A stretch of DNA of 51,903 nt, the filler included, from Stramenopiles sp. TOSAG23-2 (lineage: Eukaryota): the NCBI GenBank assembly GCA_900128395.1. It is 3 parts of 3 records of this genome, joined end to end, with 100 filler letters (N's around TTAATTAATTAA, not from the genome) between each part and the next. Parts side by side here need not be neighbours in the genome. Positions count along the whole stretch, not along the records: positions 1 to 17,265 come from LT649653.1; positions 17,366 to 34,604 come from LT649654.1; 1 more part is not named here. One strand, given 5' to 3'. Shown piece after piece: positions 10,795 to 21,479 of the stretch; position 1 is the stretch's first letter; every line of letters starts with the position of its first letter. A program made the translations under genes and the position numbers. The notes below the pieces were generated by a model that did no database searches, was not told the origin of the DNA, and saw only the letters and a list, made by a program, of their open reading frames with translations.

Positions 10795-12258
10795 CTACAA
10801 TTTTTGATATTCGTAAGTTCCACTATTACTATCTACCCCTGCACGCTCAGCTATCCGATTCAACGTTGAATTTAATATCAAGTCACTATCAACATTAGAT
10901 ACTAAACGTTCATTTCTACCAAAAACTTTGTTTTTCATATGCTTTAAGCAAGATGGGCAAGATTTATTTTTATATAAATATAAATATGCTAAAGATATAC
11001 TCAAAGCAGCTGACAGGAAGATAATTAACAACAATATAACGACCCCAGCTGTAGTGTACCAAAATATTGTATCCTCACAGAGCATTTTTTCCGAATTTTC
11101 ATTTACTGTGCATTTATTATTTTGCGGACGTACACATTTTTTTGGAATACCAGTATTTTTACTATCGATATAATAAATATTACGCTTTCCTAAACATTGA
11201 ATCGGACGGGTATTTCCGTATTTGCTGATTAATGTCTTCCTTTTGACGTCATCAGTATATATGTTGTTCTTCAAAAAATCCAATTGAGCTGATGAAATTG
11301 ACATATTTGTTTTAGAAATTAACCATGTGACAATCGGCATTGTTGGCTTATGATTACATGGTGGTGTAGTTAACGAGCCTTTATACGTAAAGTAATGATT
11401 TAAATCATCGTCTTTAGTGACCGTTTGTGTTGTTGTTGTGGTTGCTGTTGTTTTAGGTGGTAAAAAATTTGTAATATCTAATGCAACCACTTTTCCATCA
11501 TTGTTTGTAGGTACCTCCTTAAATGATTGTAAAAAAGTCTCCAATGTCGGATTAAATGATTTTACATCATCATTTATATTAAATAGGACCCCAATAACAA
11601 GTAAATTCCCAGTACCATCGCTATTAATTGCTTCTTCCAACGATTTAAATTTGGAATTGTAATGAACTATGTGCATTTCTACAGGTGAAAATTTTCCATT
11701 GATCGAATGCTCAGATCCACCTTTACCAAGCATATCCTTATTATTATCGTCATTCTTTTTCTCCCAATGCAAATGGAATTGTGCAACGTTATATGTTACT
11801 GTTGAATTATGCATCAAAGTTGGTAAAGAAGTTGGAGACGATGCTGCATCCTCTAGCACCATAGGGAGATTGGTTGTTGTTGTTAAAAAGTTAGTAGTAT
11901 CTTCATATTTAGCTTGAATAGTATGACCATTATTGAACATTTTAAATTTTCGCGTAATATTAGACCAACCGATTGTTCCCTTGACATCTATTAAAGTTGT
12001 AGCACAATCTATGTTAATTGGCGACTGGTTACCATTCTCTGATGGGTTACAATACGGATACCTAGTTTTTGAGCCCGTCTTAATAGAAGCCCACTGACGT
12101 GGACCGGCATAATCACAGTCAGAATGATAAGACCATTTAATATAATCACCACATACTCTACCACATTCTTCTTTTTCATGTTTTTTCACATTTTTTTTAT
12201 TCTCTATTGCACTTGTTACTGTTACTATTATCAATAATAATATTATCAGACTATACAT
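10795..12258 (-). CDS. Alpha carbonic anhydrase, type I membrane protein
   Basis: Signal peptide. WSY..GPRQW, QSPINI, NNGHT, QFHLHW, GSEHS, EMHIVH (three Zn His), YKGSLTTPPC and NTRPIQ motifs. C-terminal TM helix. Confidence 0.95.
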   Translation of the reverse strand: MYSLIILLLIIVTVTSAIENKKNVKKHEKEECGRVCGDYIKWSYHSDCDYAGPRQWASIKTGSKTRYPYCNPSENGNQSPINIDCATTLIDVKGTIGWSNITRKFKMFNNGHTIQAKYEDTTNFLTTTTNLPMVLEDAASSPTSLPTLMHNSTVTYNVAQFHLHWEKKNDDNNKDMLGKGGSEHSINGKFSPVEMHIVHYNSKFKSLEEAINSDGTGNLLVIGVLFNINDDVKSFNPTLETFLQSFKEVPTNNDGKVVALDITNFLPPKTTATTTTTQTVTKDDDLNHYFTYKGSLTTPPCNHKPTMPIVTWLISKTNMSISSAQLDFLKNNIYTDDVKRKTLISKYGNTRPIQCLGKRNIYYIDSKNTGIPKKCVRPQNNKCTVNENSEKMLCEDTIFWYTTAGVVILLLIIFLSAALSISLAYLYLYKNKSCPSCLKHMKNKVFGRNERLVSNVDSDLILNSTLNRIAERAGVDSNSGTYEYQKL

Positions 12259-12340
12259 CTTTATCTTATATTTTCATAAATGTGCATAAGGATGTAATCT
12301 ATCATTGATATACAATTTCCAAATATGTTGATGTAATATA

Positions 12341-13522
12341 CGACATAGGAAAGATGGATTAATAGAATTTTTTCGAAAAATGTTGAATCATAGTTTTGTA
12401 TTAAATTTAGTGGAAGAGACTGCGCCGCAAACATGGAAACATTTTGAAGAGTTGGTTGAAGAGCATATAAAAGATCCCATAAATAGCCGTTTGAAACATT
12501 TGGTATCAACTGTTGGTACATTTTTCACATCATTACCATTATGTGAAGCATATTTAGAATATGATGCACATTATCATATATCCAGACGAAAATATGTTTC
12601 TATTTCTTTTGATGATGTAAGACACATATTGAATTTAGCACAAGTGAAAGCATCTTGTAAACAAATTGGTTTATTATCGTTCGATGGAGACCAAACATTA
12701 TATAGTGACGGTAAAAATTTTAACGATGAAGATTTAGCCATGTATATCATAGCATTTTTACAAAATGGTACGTATATAACATTAACCACAGCAGCGGGTT
12801 ATGGCTTGGACGCGGCAAAATATGAAGTTCGTGTGCAATATTTATTAGACGCATTTAAAAAAGCATCTTTGCCAGAAGACGTAGTTTCTAAATTTTACGT
12901 ATTGGGTGGAGAATGTAATTATTTATTGCAATGCAATAAAAATTATAAATTGTCACCAGTGACAGATTGGAGTCCAAAAGAAACTGGAACGATTGATCAA
13001 ACAATAGTGAAACGCTTGATTGATACTGCAGAAAAATCTTTAAGAACTACCATTAACGAGTTGTGTTTAAATGCAAGGATTTTAAGAAAGGAACGAGCAG
13101 TTGGTTTAATTCATGGTGGCATATTAGAAAATAGCGAATCTGGGATGCAAGGCTCGTTGTCGTTGCGACGTGAAGTACTGGATGAATCATGTTTGCGTGT
13201 AATGGAAGATTTAAGGAAACAAAACTTCAAAATACCATATTGTGCATTTAATGGTGGAAGCGATGTATGGGTAGATGTTGGTAACAAACGTGTAGGAGTT
13301 AGTACGTTACAAGATTTATTAAATGTTCCCCCAGAAGCTTGTATTCATGTTGGTGATCAAATGTACGAAACTGGAAATGATATTGCTGCCCGTAGTTGTT
13401 GTCCTACTATTTGGATCAGTAATCCAACGGAAACAAAATATATTTTAAAAGCAATGCTAAGTTATATTGGATTGCGAGAAAGTCCAATACCAAAGACAAC
13501 CAAAGGTTTTAACAATGAATAA
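12341..13522 (+). CDS. ISN1: IMP-specific 5'-nucleotidase (HAD fold); true start uncertain
   Basis: VGTFFTSLPL, SFDDVRHILN, FDGDQTLY, TAAGY, GGECNYL, FNGGSDVWVDVGNK and HVGDQ..GND motifs. Family-like HRKDGLIEF continues in frame upstream of the ATG at 12380. Confidence 0.9.
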   Translation, partial: RHRKDGLIEFFRKMLNHSFVLNLVEETAPQTWKHFEELVEEHIKDPINSRLKHLVSTVGTFFTSLPLCEAYLEYDAHYHISRRKYVSISFDDVRHILNLAQVKASCKQIGLLSFDGDQTLYSDGKNFNDEDLAMYIIAFLQNGTYITLTTAAGYGLDAAKYEVRVQYLLDAFKKASLPEDVVSKFYVLGGECNYLLQCNKNYKLSPVTDWSPKETGTIDQTIVKRLIDTAEKSLRTTINELCLNARILRKERAVGLIHGGILENSESGMQGSLSLRREVLDESCLRVMEDLRKQNFKIPYCAFNGGSDVWVDVGNKRVGVSTLQDLLNVPPEACIHVGDQMYETGNDIAARSCCPTIWISNPTETKYILKAMLSYIGLRESPIPKTTKGFNNE

Positions 13523-13749
13523 AATTTCAACATGTGATGTGTATTTTATGATATGAAAGAGTATCATTTGAGAATATCATGATGATATGGTTAAAATCTA
13601 TTTTTATCGAATTTTACGAACCTTCTCGTATAAAATAAAAAGGTGGAAAAAAACCTCTTTTCGAATATCATAATATCGTGTGCATGATGTGAGGGGTTTC
13701 TACTGTACACGCACGTACGTGTGTATATATTACGAAAGTTAGTTACCGA

Positions 13750-16688
13750 TTACTTTGATTGTTGTAATCTTTTCAACAATTCAAGCTGCTCTCGCAATAA
13801 TTTATTTTCTTCCTCTTTTATCCTAGCTTCTTCTTGTTGTTTTGCTTGTTCTTCTAATAATTTTTTAATTCGCTCATTTTCTTCCCTCAATGATTCCAAA
13901 CGTGATTTGTTACCGGCACTTCCAGTAGTTGCCCCACTAATATTCATGCTATTTTGTTGTTGTTGTTGTTGTTGTTGCTGCTGCTGCTGCTGTTGTAATG
14001 TGTATTGTTCCATTTTTTTTTTATAATCTTCTGCACTTAAACTAATTCCAAATGTATTACTAATATTGTTGCTAAAAGCATTTTGATTATTACTGGTAGC
14101 TGCACTAGTAGTTGTTGTTGTTGATGATGTCGTTGCCATCATATTATTACCTTGTTGTTGTTGTTGTTCATTCAATAATAAAGTCTTTTCATTTTGCAAA
14201 CGCTCCTGTTCTATTCTTTTTTGAAGCAATTGATCAATCAATGCCTTTTTCTGACTTAATTCTTGAGCTTGTTGCACTAAATCCTTTACCGATCGTTGAC
14301 GTTTAACGGACCTATTACTATCATCTGTTTTGGACGGCATCTTTTTCGAAGAAGATCCGCCATCAGTACTGGCAAAACCACTGCTACTGCTGTTGCTACT
14401 ACTACTATTATTGTTACTATAACTAGAATTGCGTTTCAATTGACTACTACTAGAATTTGAAGAAGAAGATTTTGGTGGTGGAGTAATTTCTCTTGATCGT
14501 TTACGCGTGGATTTAATCTTTGCTGCATCACATGCCCCGTAAAAGAAATCACCACGTTGTATATCGCCTTCAGCGCTAACAAATATACCACCTGATCCAT
14601 GGGGTACACCATCTAAATGTGGTCCTTCATACGTAGATCCATCTGTCCATACAATCTTTCCATGTCCTGATGGTGTTTGTCTGCTAGCAGTAGATGGTTT
14701 CGAACGATCTTTTTGATCTCGTAACCGAGTTGGATTCCATTGCCCTTCAACAAATCTACCATCTGTGTAAGTCATGGTACCTTGTCCTTTCATCGTTAAC
14801 AAATGGCCTTCAGACATATTACCGCAAAATTTTCTCCCATCTTTAAAATAATATGTTCCAACACCAGAACGTTTTCCTTCTTTGTATTTTCCAACATACG
14901 CACAACCATCTTTCCAGTGAAATTGTCCATAACCATGCAACTTATCTTCTTTCCATCCACCAGAGTACCATGAACCTTCGCTCCAAACAAATGTACCTTC
15001 ACCATGCCCGACATCATCTTCCCATCGACCATGATAATAAGATCCATTTTTATATTTCATTTTCCCTTCCCCACTTTTCTCCCCTTGGTGCCATTGTCCT
15101 TGATAAACATCTCCAGTACAGTTTCGATATTCACCATAACCTTCAGCTTTATCATCTTCCACTTGACCTCGATAATATGACCCGTCTTCTCCATGATATT
15201 CAACCCAACGTAAACCATCGCGTTGTAATCGATTTTCAGAAATTTCAAGTTTTTTTGGTGGTTCACGAAGCAATACATCTTCATCATCAACTACTGCTTT
15301 CGTATTGGATTTAGCGGCAGTAGCGGTAGTAGTTGTTGTTGATGATGATGATGAAGCATCTACTTCCATTGCTTCAGGTGGTGGTGGTGGTGGTGGCGGC
15401 GGTGGTGGTGGAGCTAAATCATCTTTTTTAGGCGACGGGGGAGTTTTTTTCATTGTAGATAAATCGACTGCAAGTTTATGATTGTGTTGATGTTCGTTAT
15501 CTTTTTCACTTTTTAACATTCCATTTTCAAACACACCTTCTTTTGTGACGTTTAACGATGCATCATATAATTTTCCAGTACCGTGTGGCACGCCATCAAT
15601 AAATTCACCATCATATGTTGATCCATTTTGCCATATAATTGTGCCAGAACCAGCTGGTTTTACATCAATGCTAACACTCGGTTTACTTTTATCTGGTTTC
15701 ATTCGTAATTTGGTACGATCCCACATTCCTTTCGCGATACGATTGTCTTTTGGATATTTCATAGTCCCTTGACCACTCATGCAAATTAAATCTGCCCTTG
15801 GCAATCCACCTTCAAATGTTCTACCATCTGGAAATGTATATACTCCATGTGCCATACGCTGTCCATTATTGTACATTCCTGTAAATGTAGCCCCATCTGG
15901 CCAGACATATGTGCCTGTGTGTTTACATATATATATATACATATACCCAAGGAAAAAAAGTAGGATAAATAGAGTTTGTTATATTATTATATGTTAGTCG
16001 CGCGTTAGTTGGTTTTGATCATGATTGTATATGTTAGGTAATACATACCTTCACCTTGTGCTTTGCCATTTTCATACAACCCAGTATGATAATGACCATC
16101 TTCCCAATGATATTCACCTTTACCATGCCCTTTTCCATCTTTCCAATTCCCTTTGAAACGAATCCTTCCTGTATTAGAGTATAATACACCAAAACCATTT
16201 CGTTCATCTAACGCATGCATACCTTTATAACATGAACCACTAGGCCAATGAAATTCACCTTCACCATGTCGCATATCACTTTTCCAGCTTCCTTTATACC
16301 ACGATCCATCTTCCATATGTAAGGTCCCTGTGCCATGTTTTAAATTGTCTTTGTATTGTCCTTTGTACGTTTCGCCATTTCCACTGTGATATTCACCACT
16401 TCCGTCACGTTTACCAAAGTTCCAGTTACCACGATACCAACTATCGTTAGCCCAATGATATTCACCTTCACCATGTCGTTTATTTTCATGCCAATTTCCT
16501 TTATACCATGCTAAGTTATCATCCCTTCGCCAAACTCCATATCCATGCTTCTTTTCCCCAAGCCAATTCCCTTCATAGGTTGAACCAGTATGATTATTAT
16601 CGCTATCAACACCAGAAAATGTTTTTTTACCGTGCCATTCTTTTTCTTTCGTATCCCCACCAACAATCCAACTTAAAAATGATGACAT
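13750..16688 (-). CDS. MORN-repeat protein, two exons (16688-16049 and 15914-13750), with low-complexity/poly-Q coiled C-terminus
   Basis: Many YxGxWxxGxxHGxG repeats. A GTATGT...CACAG intron at 16048-15915 joins the two ORFs in frame (QGE-G-TYVW). The first 60 nt are duplicated, giving an alternative ATG at 16748. Confidence 0.85.
15915..16048 (-). other. Spliceosomal GT-AG intron (134 nt)
   Basis: Minus strand gaag|gtatgt ... acacag|gcac. Removal restores the MORN repeat register. Confidence 0.85.
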
Positions 16689-17265
16689 TTTTTGCCATTC
16701 TTTTTCTTTTGTATCCCCACCAACAATCCAACTTAAAAATGATGACATTTTTATATGTCTATACTTTTCTTATTTTTGTTCTTCAACTTCCACAATAACT
16801 TTCACAATAATAATAAAAAAGAATGAATAATCACAACAACAAAACAAGACAGAAATTATATACCTATTGTTTGTAAAATCAGCATGTTTGTTTATTTCAT
16901 TTATTGTTTGTTTGATTGAATGAAATCAATAATATAACTAACTATTATTGTTATTATTTAATTACTCGAATAATAACTAAGAATCTCATCAACAAATTTT
17001 CACAACGTTTTTTCAAAAATCAACAATGTGGTCATGCTATAATGGTGTGTCAGTGCTATAAAGAGAACCCTATTTCGTAACCTGACCGGCGGCTGGCGCG
17101 AATCTCGGCGAAATATGCCTGGTTTTTATTTTATGATTATTATTCACGTCAGGTGTTAACCGGCCGATTTGCTCTGTCGAAAAAAAAGCAATTTATAAGC
17201 AAAGCTGTGTCCATGTTAGAATTCCCTGATAGCATAATTAGATTAATAAAAGTACGAGTTATTCA

Positions 17266-17364
17266 NNNNNNNNNNNNNNNNNNNNNNNNNNNNNNNNNNN
17301 NNNNNNNNNTTAATTAATTAANNNNNNNNNNNNNNNNNNNNNNNNNNNNNNNNNNNNNNNNNNN
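17266..17364. other. Artificial contig spacer
   Basis: N-run, TTAATTAATTAA (stops in all six frames), N-run. Confidence 0.97.
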
Positions 17365-17507
17365 NTATATACAGTAGTACATGATGGTGCAGTATATTTT
17401 ATAATTTTTTTACAATGATTGTATGAGGACAATGCAATGAATCTGTTCATCATAATGTGTAATTAATATCTGTGATAGGTACATGTGTGTGTGTGTGTGT
17501 GAATAGT

Positions 17508-18097
17508 AATAATATAACTGAAAGTGTGTGTTTCTGTTCTATTTGAATATTGTTTTAATCCCTGGTCGGTTTGATTTTTGATGAGAGAGGAAAATCCCAC
17601 GATAGACTTGATGATGATGGTGTGGGTGAATGAAGCATTGAGATGCAATCTGGCAATCCTGTGTCCTGTGGCAATGTAAATGTCATCAGATGAAAAATGA
17701 TGATTTAATTGTTTGCAAAGTCTAGCTTTATATGTACTCTTACTAGTATAGCAATATATATAGTCAGTAAATACTATGGCCGTAGCACACAACAATAATA
17801 TAACTGAAAGTGTGTGTTTCTGTTCTATTTGAATATTGTTTTAATCCCTCCTGGTCGGTTTGATGTTGTTTGAGATGATGACTTTAACTTGTTGCGATGA
17901 CAAGAGAGGGTGAGATGCAATCCAGCAATCTGGCAATCTGGCAATCTAAATCTGGCAATCCAGCAATCTGGCCAGCTGGCAATCCTGTGGCAATCCTGTG
18001 GCAATGTAAATGTCAGATGAAGATAGAATGATGATTTAATGTTTGCAAAGTCTAGGTTATATGTATACTTACATCATATCGTTATATATATCAGTCA
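17508..18097. repeat. Diverged ~290-bp tandem duplication with internal CTGGCAATC repeats
   Basis: aatataactgaaagtgtgtgtttctgttctatttg occurs at ~17510 and ~17796, and the following sequence is similar but has indels. (C)TGGCAATC units are amplified at 17917-18005. Confidence 0.8.
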
Positions 18098-18460
18098 TTT
18101 ATGATACCGGCATCGTGACAACCATCGATATTATTCGATTACGATACAAATGTAATATCCATCCACATACATCATATTTATTCGGTAAGAAAAGTACGCG
18201 ACTCATCATAGATATATAATTATACACAAATAGAAATAGAACATCACTACAAACATAGAGAGAGAGAGAGAGACAGAAAAAACAAATAACAAAACAGACA
18301 AGCATTATCAATAATACACGAGATAACATATACAGACATAAAACAACAACAAAATACAAGAATATAATATAATATATATACCATTTGTACACAAAGATTA
18401 TTATTATTTTTTTTTTTTAATCAGAAGAAACAGAACAAATATATTGAACCAATAACTAAG

Positions 18461-19006
18461 ATGTCAACCAAACGTAAACGTCGCCAAGGAACTTTAGATG
18501 CGTTTAAACGTACAAAAGCATTTGTTACTCCAGAGCAAGAACCAATTAAAAATAAAATAGTTAAAAAGCAAAAATCGTCGCCATCATCATCTGTGAAGAA
18601 GAAACTTGTTTTAGCACATCAAGAAAATTTACCTTTGTCAATTTATAAAAATTGTAAATATGATATGCGTGGTGTCTCAAAAACTATTGCAAAAGAATAT
18701 GTTGATGCTTCATCACAAATTGAACAAATATGTACTATCCCTTTTGATTTTGGTCGTTCTATTCAATATGGCGCGTTATCTGGTATATGTTATGAAGAAC
18801 GTTTAGTTGATAGTTTTTTATCTGGTAAGATTTTATTGAACAAAAATAAACAAAAAATGTTTTCAAAAGTTGTATCAAATCAAACAATGAAAAATAAAAT
18901 GGAAGAATTATCAAATGAATACGATTGTAATGAAACATGTATTCAACGTGCATTGTATTTAATGAATGGTGATGTTGATAAAGTGAAAGTTTTATTGGAT
19001 GAATAA
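18461..19006 (+). CDS. Small nuclear protein: PIP-box-like N-terminus, DNA polymerase delta p12-like core, UBA-like C-terminus
   Basis: KRKRRQGTLDAFKRTK. FDFGRSIQYGALSGICYEERL resembles the POLD4 FDL..YGP..GI.R.ER motif. C-terminal IQRALYLMNGDVDKVKVLL. Confidence 0.5.
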   Translation: MSTKRKRRQGTLDAFKRTKAFVTPEQEPIKNKIVKKQKSSPSSSVKKKLVLAHQENLPLSIYKNCKYDMRGVSKTIAKEYVDASSQIEQICTIPFDFGRSIQYGALSGICYEERLVDSFLSGKILLNKNKQKMFSKVVSNQTMKNKMEELSNEYDCNETCIQRALYLMNGDVDKVKVLLDE

Positions 19007-19181
19007 TTAAGCACAATGTGAATATCAATAAAACAATGTATATATGATGTAACTTTGTTGGTGTGCATATCATAATATGTAAAAACGATAACACGAGATA
19101 TATATATTATGTGTAAGAGAAAATTTTTATATATATGGTGTGCCAGCCCGTTCAACCAACGAGTGCAAGAAGGATAGAAAC

Positions 19182-19317
19182 CTACTCGTGCTTGTGGAGT
19201 ATTAGTTTGCAGACGTGCATTAGAGCTTCACTATATAGTAAGATAGACTGAATATATTTATTCTCGAAATTGAGTATCGAGCATATTATTTACCACATGA
19301 GAAGTAAAATTATTATA
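19182..19317 (+). ncRNA. Candidate structured RNA / dispersed element, copy A
   Basis: Homologous to the reverse complement of 32612-32747. Two hairpins with compensatory or wobble-preserving changes. Confidence 0.5.
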
Positions 19318-19327
19318 ACTTTTAGAT

Positions 19328-20060
19328 TTTTAACCATCATTTATATGGTGTGTATACTTGAAAGGGAGTATGATATTTACATATGATACGTATTAAAATT
19401 AATAAAGAATAAGTATTCATATCTTTTTCAATTAATATATAACTACTATATCATACTATCTATACTATATATATATATTCAATTTCTCTCTCCCTCCTCT
19501 CCCCTTTCTTTAACTCTCTCCTTGTCATAAAATATATATAATATATATAAATGTTTTAACTTAACTTTTGACGTTTCTTTTTTTGTGGCAATATACCATT
19601 TAACCATCATTTATATGGTGTGTATACTTGAAAGGGAGTATGATATTTACATACGTATTAAAATTAATAAAGAATAAGTATGATATTCATATCTTTTTCA
19701 ATTAATATATAACTACTATACTACTATCTATACTATATATATATATATTCAATTTCTTTCTCCCTCCTCTCCCCTTTCTTTAACTCTCTCCTTGTCATAA
19801 AATATATATATTAATATATAAATGTTTTAACTTAACTTTTGACGTTTCTTTTTTTGTGGCAATATACCTTCTAAAAATGTCCAATCTTTACCACTTTCAT
19901 TTGCAGTTTCATATGCATTACGAACATCTTCATATATATATAAATGTTTTAACTTAACTTTTGACGTTTCTTTTTTTGTGGCAATATACCTTCTAAAAAT
20001 GTCCAATCTTTACCACTTTCATTTGCAGTTTCATATGCATTACGAACATCTTCATATTGT
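19328..20060. repeat. Nested tandem duplications of the histone-fold gene 3' end and UTR
   Basis: ttaaccatcatttatatggtgtg occurs twice and aatgttttaacttaacttttgacgtttc three times, with small indels. Confidence 0.85.
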
Positions 20061-20728
20061 ATAACTTTACGTGTACTATTTTTTTTAGCTTCTTCAGCTG
20101 TTAAATATGCTAATTCAGTAACAAAACATTCAGCTGCTTTGGCGATTAAATATACAGCATCTGTTGTCGATTGTTTCACACTTTTATCAATTTTAACAAC
20201 ACGTTTAATGGAACCTTTTGGTATGGATAATTCTGCTGTAATTTTACTTAAAAATTCTGGAACAACAATTGGTACTTCTTCCTCAACTTCTTCCGGTTTT
20301 TCTTCTTTTTCTTCATCATCTTCACTATCGTCAAGAACTGCATTTATTGCTGCTTCGTCAGCATCTACAGTATTTTCCCCATTTTGCTCTTCAGGTTTCA
20401 CTTCTGTCGCATTGCCATCGGTTGTAGCAGCAGCAGTAGTGGTAGTAGTAGTAGTAGTTGTTGCTTCTGTATCTGCAGGAGCAGCATCTGTGGTATTATT
20501 ATCTTCTTTTGTAGTAGCCGCTATTGTTGTTGTATCTTCTGTTTTAATTTGTTCTGTTGTTGTTGTTTCCTCAGTAATAGGTTTATCTTCCTTCTTGGTA
20601 TTTTCAGTTTCTTCATTAGCGATAGTAGTAGTAGTAGTTGTTGTTGTTTCCTTGTTATCATCATCAACATCCATTGGTGTTGGAGCTGTAGTTGTATCAA
20701 CAGTTTCGTTTTCTGTAATTGCACTCAT
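19949..20728 (-). CDS. Histone-fold protein (CBFD/NF-Y family; POLE4/Dpb3/CHRAC-like) with acidic Thr-rich N-terminus
   Basis: IPKGSIKRVVKIDKSV...DAVYLIAKAAECFVTELA...RKVIQYEDV...FLEGILP. Confidence 0.85.
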   Translation of the reverse strand: MSAITENETVDTTTAPTPMDVDDDNKETTTTTTTTIANEETENTKKEDKPITEETTTTEQIKTEDTTTIAATTKEDNNTTDAAPADTEATTTTTTTTTAAATTDGNATEVKPEEQNGENTVDADEAAINAVLDDSEDDEEKEEKPEEVEEEVPIVVPEFLSKITAELSIPKGSIKRVVKIDKSVKQSTTDAVYLIAKAAECFVTELAYLTAEEAKKNSTRKVIQYEDVRNAYETANESGKDWTFLEGILPQKKKRQKLS

Positions 20729-21479
20729 GTTTAATAATGTAATTAAATTGTGTTATCTGTTTTGTATGTCTTATTACCTTTCTATTCAATTTATTATTAA
20801 TTCATTTCACACATACAATAATTATGGATTTGTGTGATGTGTAAATTTTATTAATATTAATAAATATGTGTATTTTATTACCTGGTGTGTTTTGTATGTC
20901 TTATTACCTTTCTATTCAATTTATTATTAATTCATTTCACACACATACAATAATTATGGATTTGTGTGATGTGTAAATTTTATTAATTTGAAAAAAAAAT
21001 ACATGATGATATGTGTATACCTGGTATTTTATTACCTGGTGTTGTGCTGGTATTAATAGCTCTAGGTGGTATATCTACTTGGTAAAAGAAGAAGCTGTGT
21101 GGTGGTGTTATTCTAGTCCAATGATGTGTTGGTGCTATTATTATAATTTAGTGATTATCACAAAGCTGGCCAGCTGGCCTGGTAATTTTATAAGCACAAC
21201 AATACACACCACCATGCAACCATGTGTATAAAATGTATTATAATAAATAATAGATAGGTGTCGACATATATATATAGTAGATGGAAACAGAGGCAAACGT
21301 ACATAGACAACAACAAACAAAACAGAACAAATCAAATACACAATGTCAGATGATGAAGATGAAGAATACATACCACAAAATGATGCAGATTTCACGAAAT
21401 TAATATATATATAGTAGATGGAAACAGAGGCAAACGTACATAGACAACAACAAACAAAACAGAACAAATCAAATACACA

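Noticed and set aside
12329-12331. In-frame TGA upstream of ISN1 as a second Sec codon
   Set aside because: It lies outside recognisable homology and I see no SECIS after 13522. An intron or mis-join is simpler.
17085-17170. GC-rich patch with an E2F-like TGGCGCGAA site or an RNA gene
   Set aside because: It is a single short match near a contig end, with no tRNA or other recognisable fold.
17917-18005. CRISPR-like or telomeric array
   Set aside because: Units are 8-11 nt with no unique spacers and no cas genes, and they do not match a telomere repeat.
18099-18392. Small hydrophobic ORF on the minus strand
   Set aside because: It derives from the A/C-rich leader of the adjacent plus-strand gene and has no family features.
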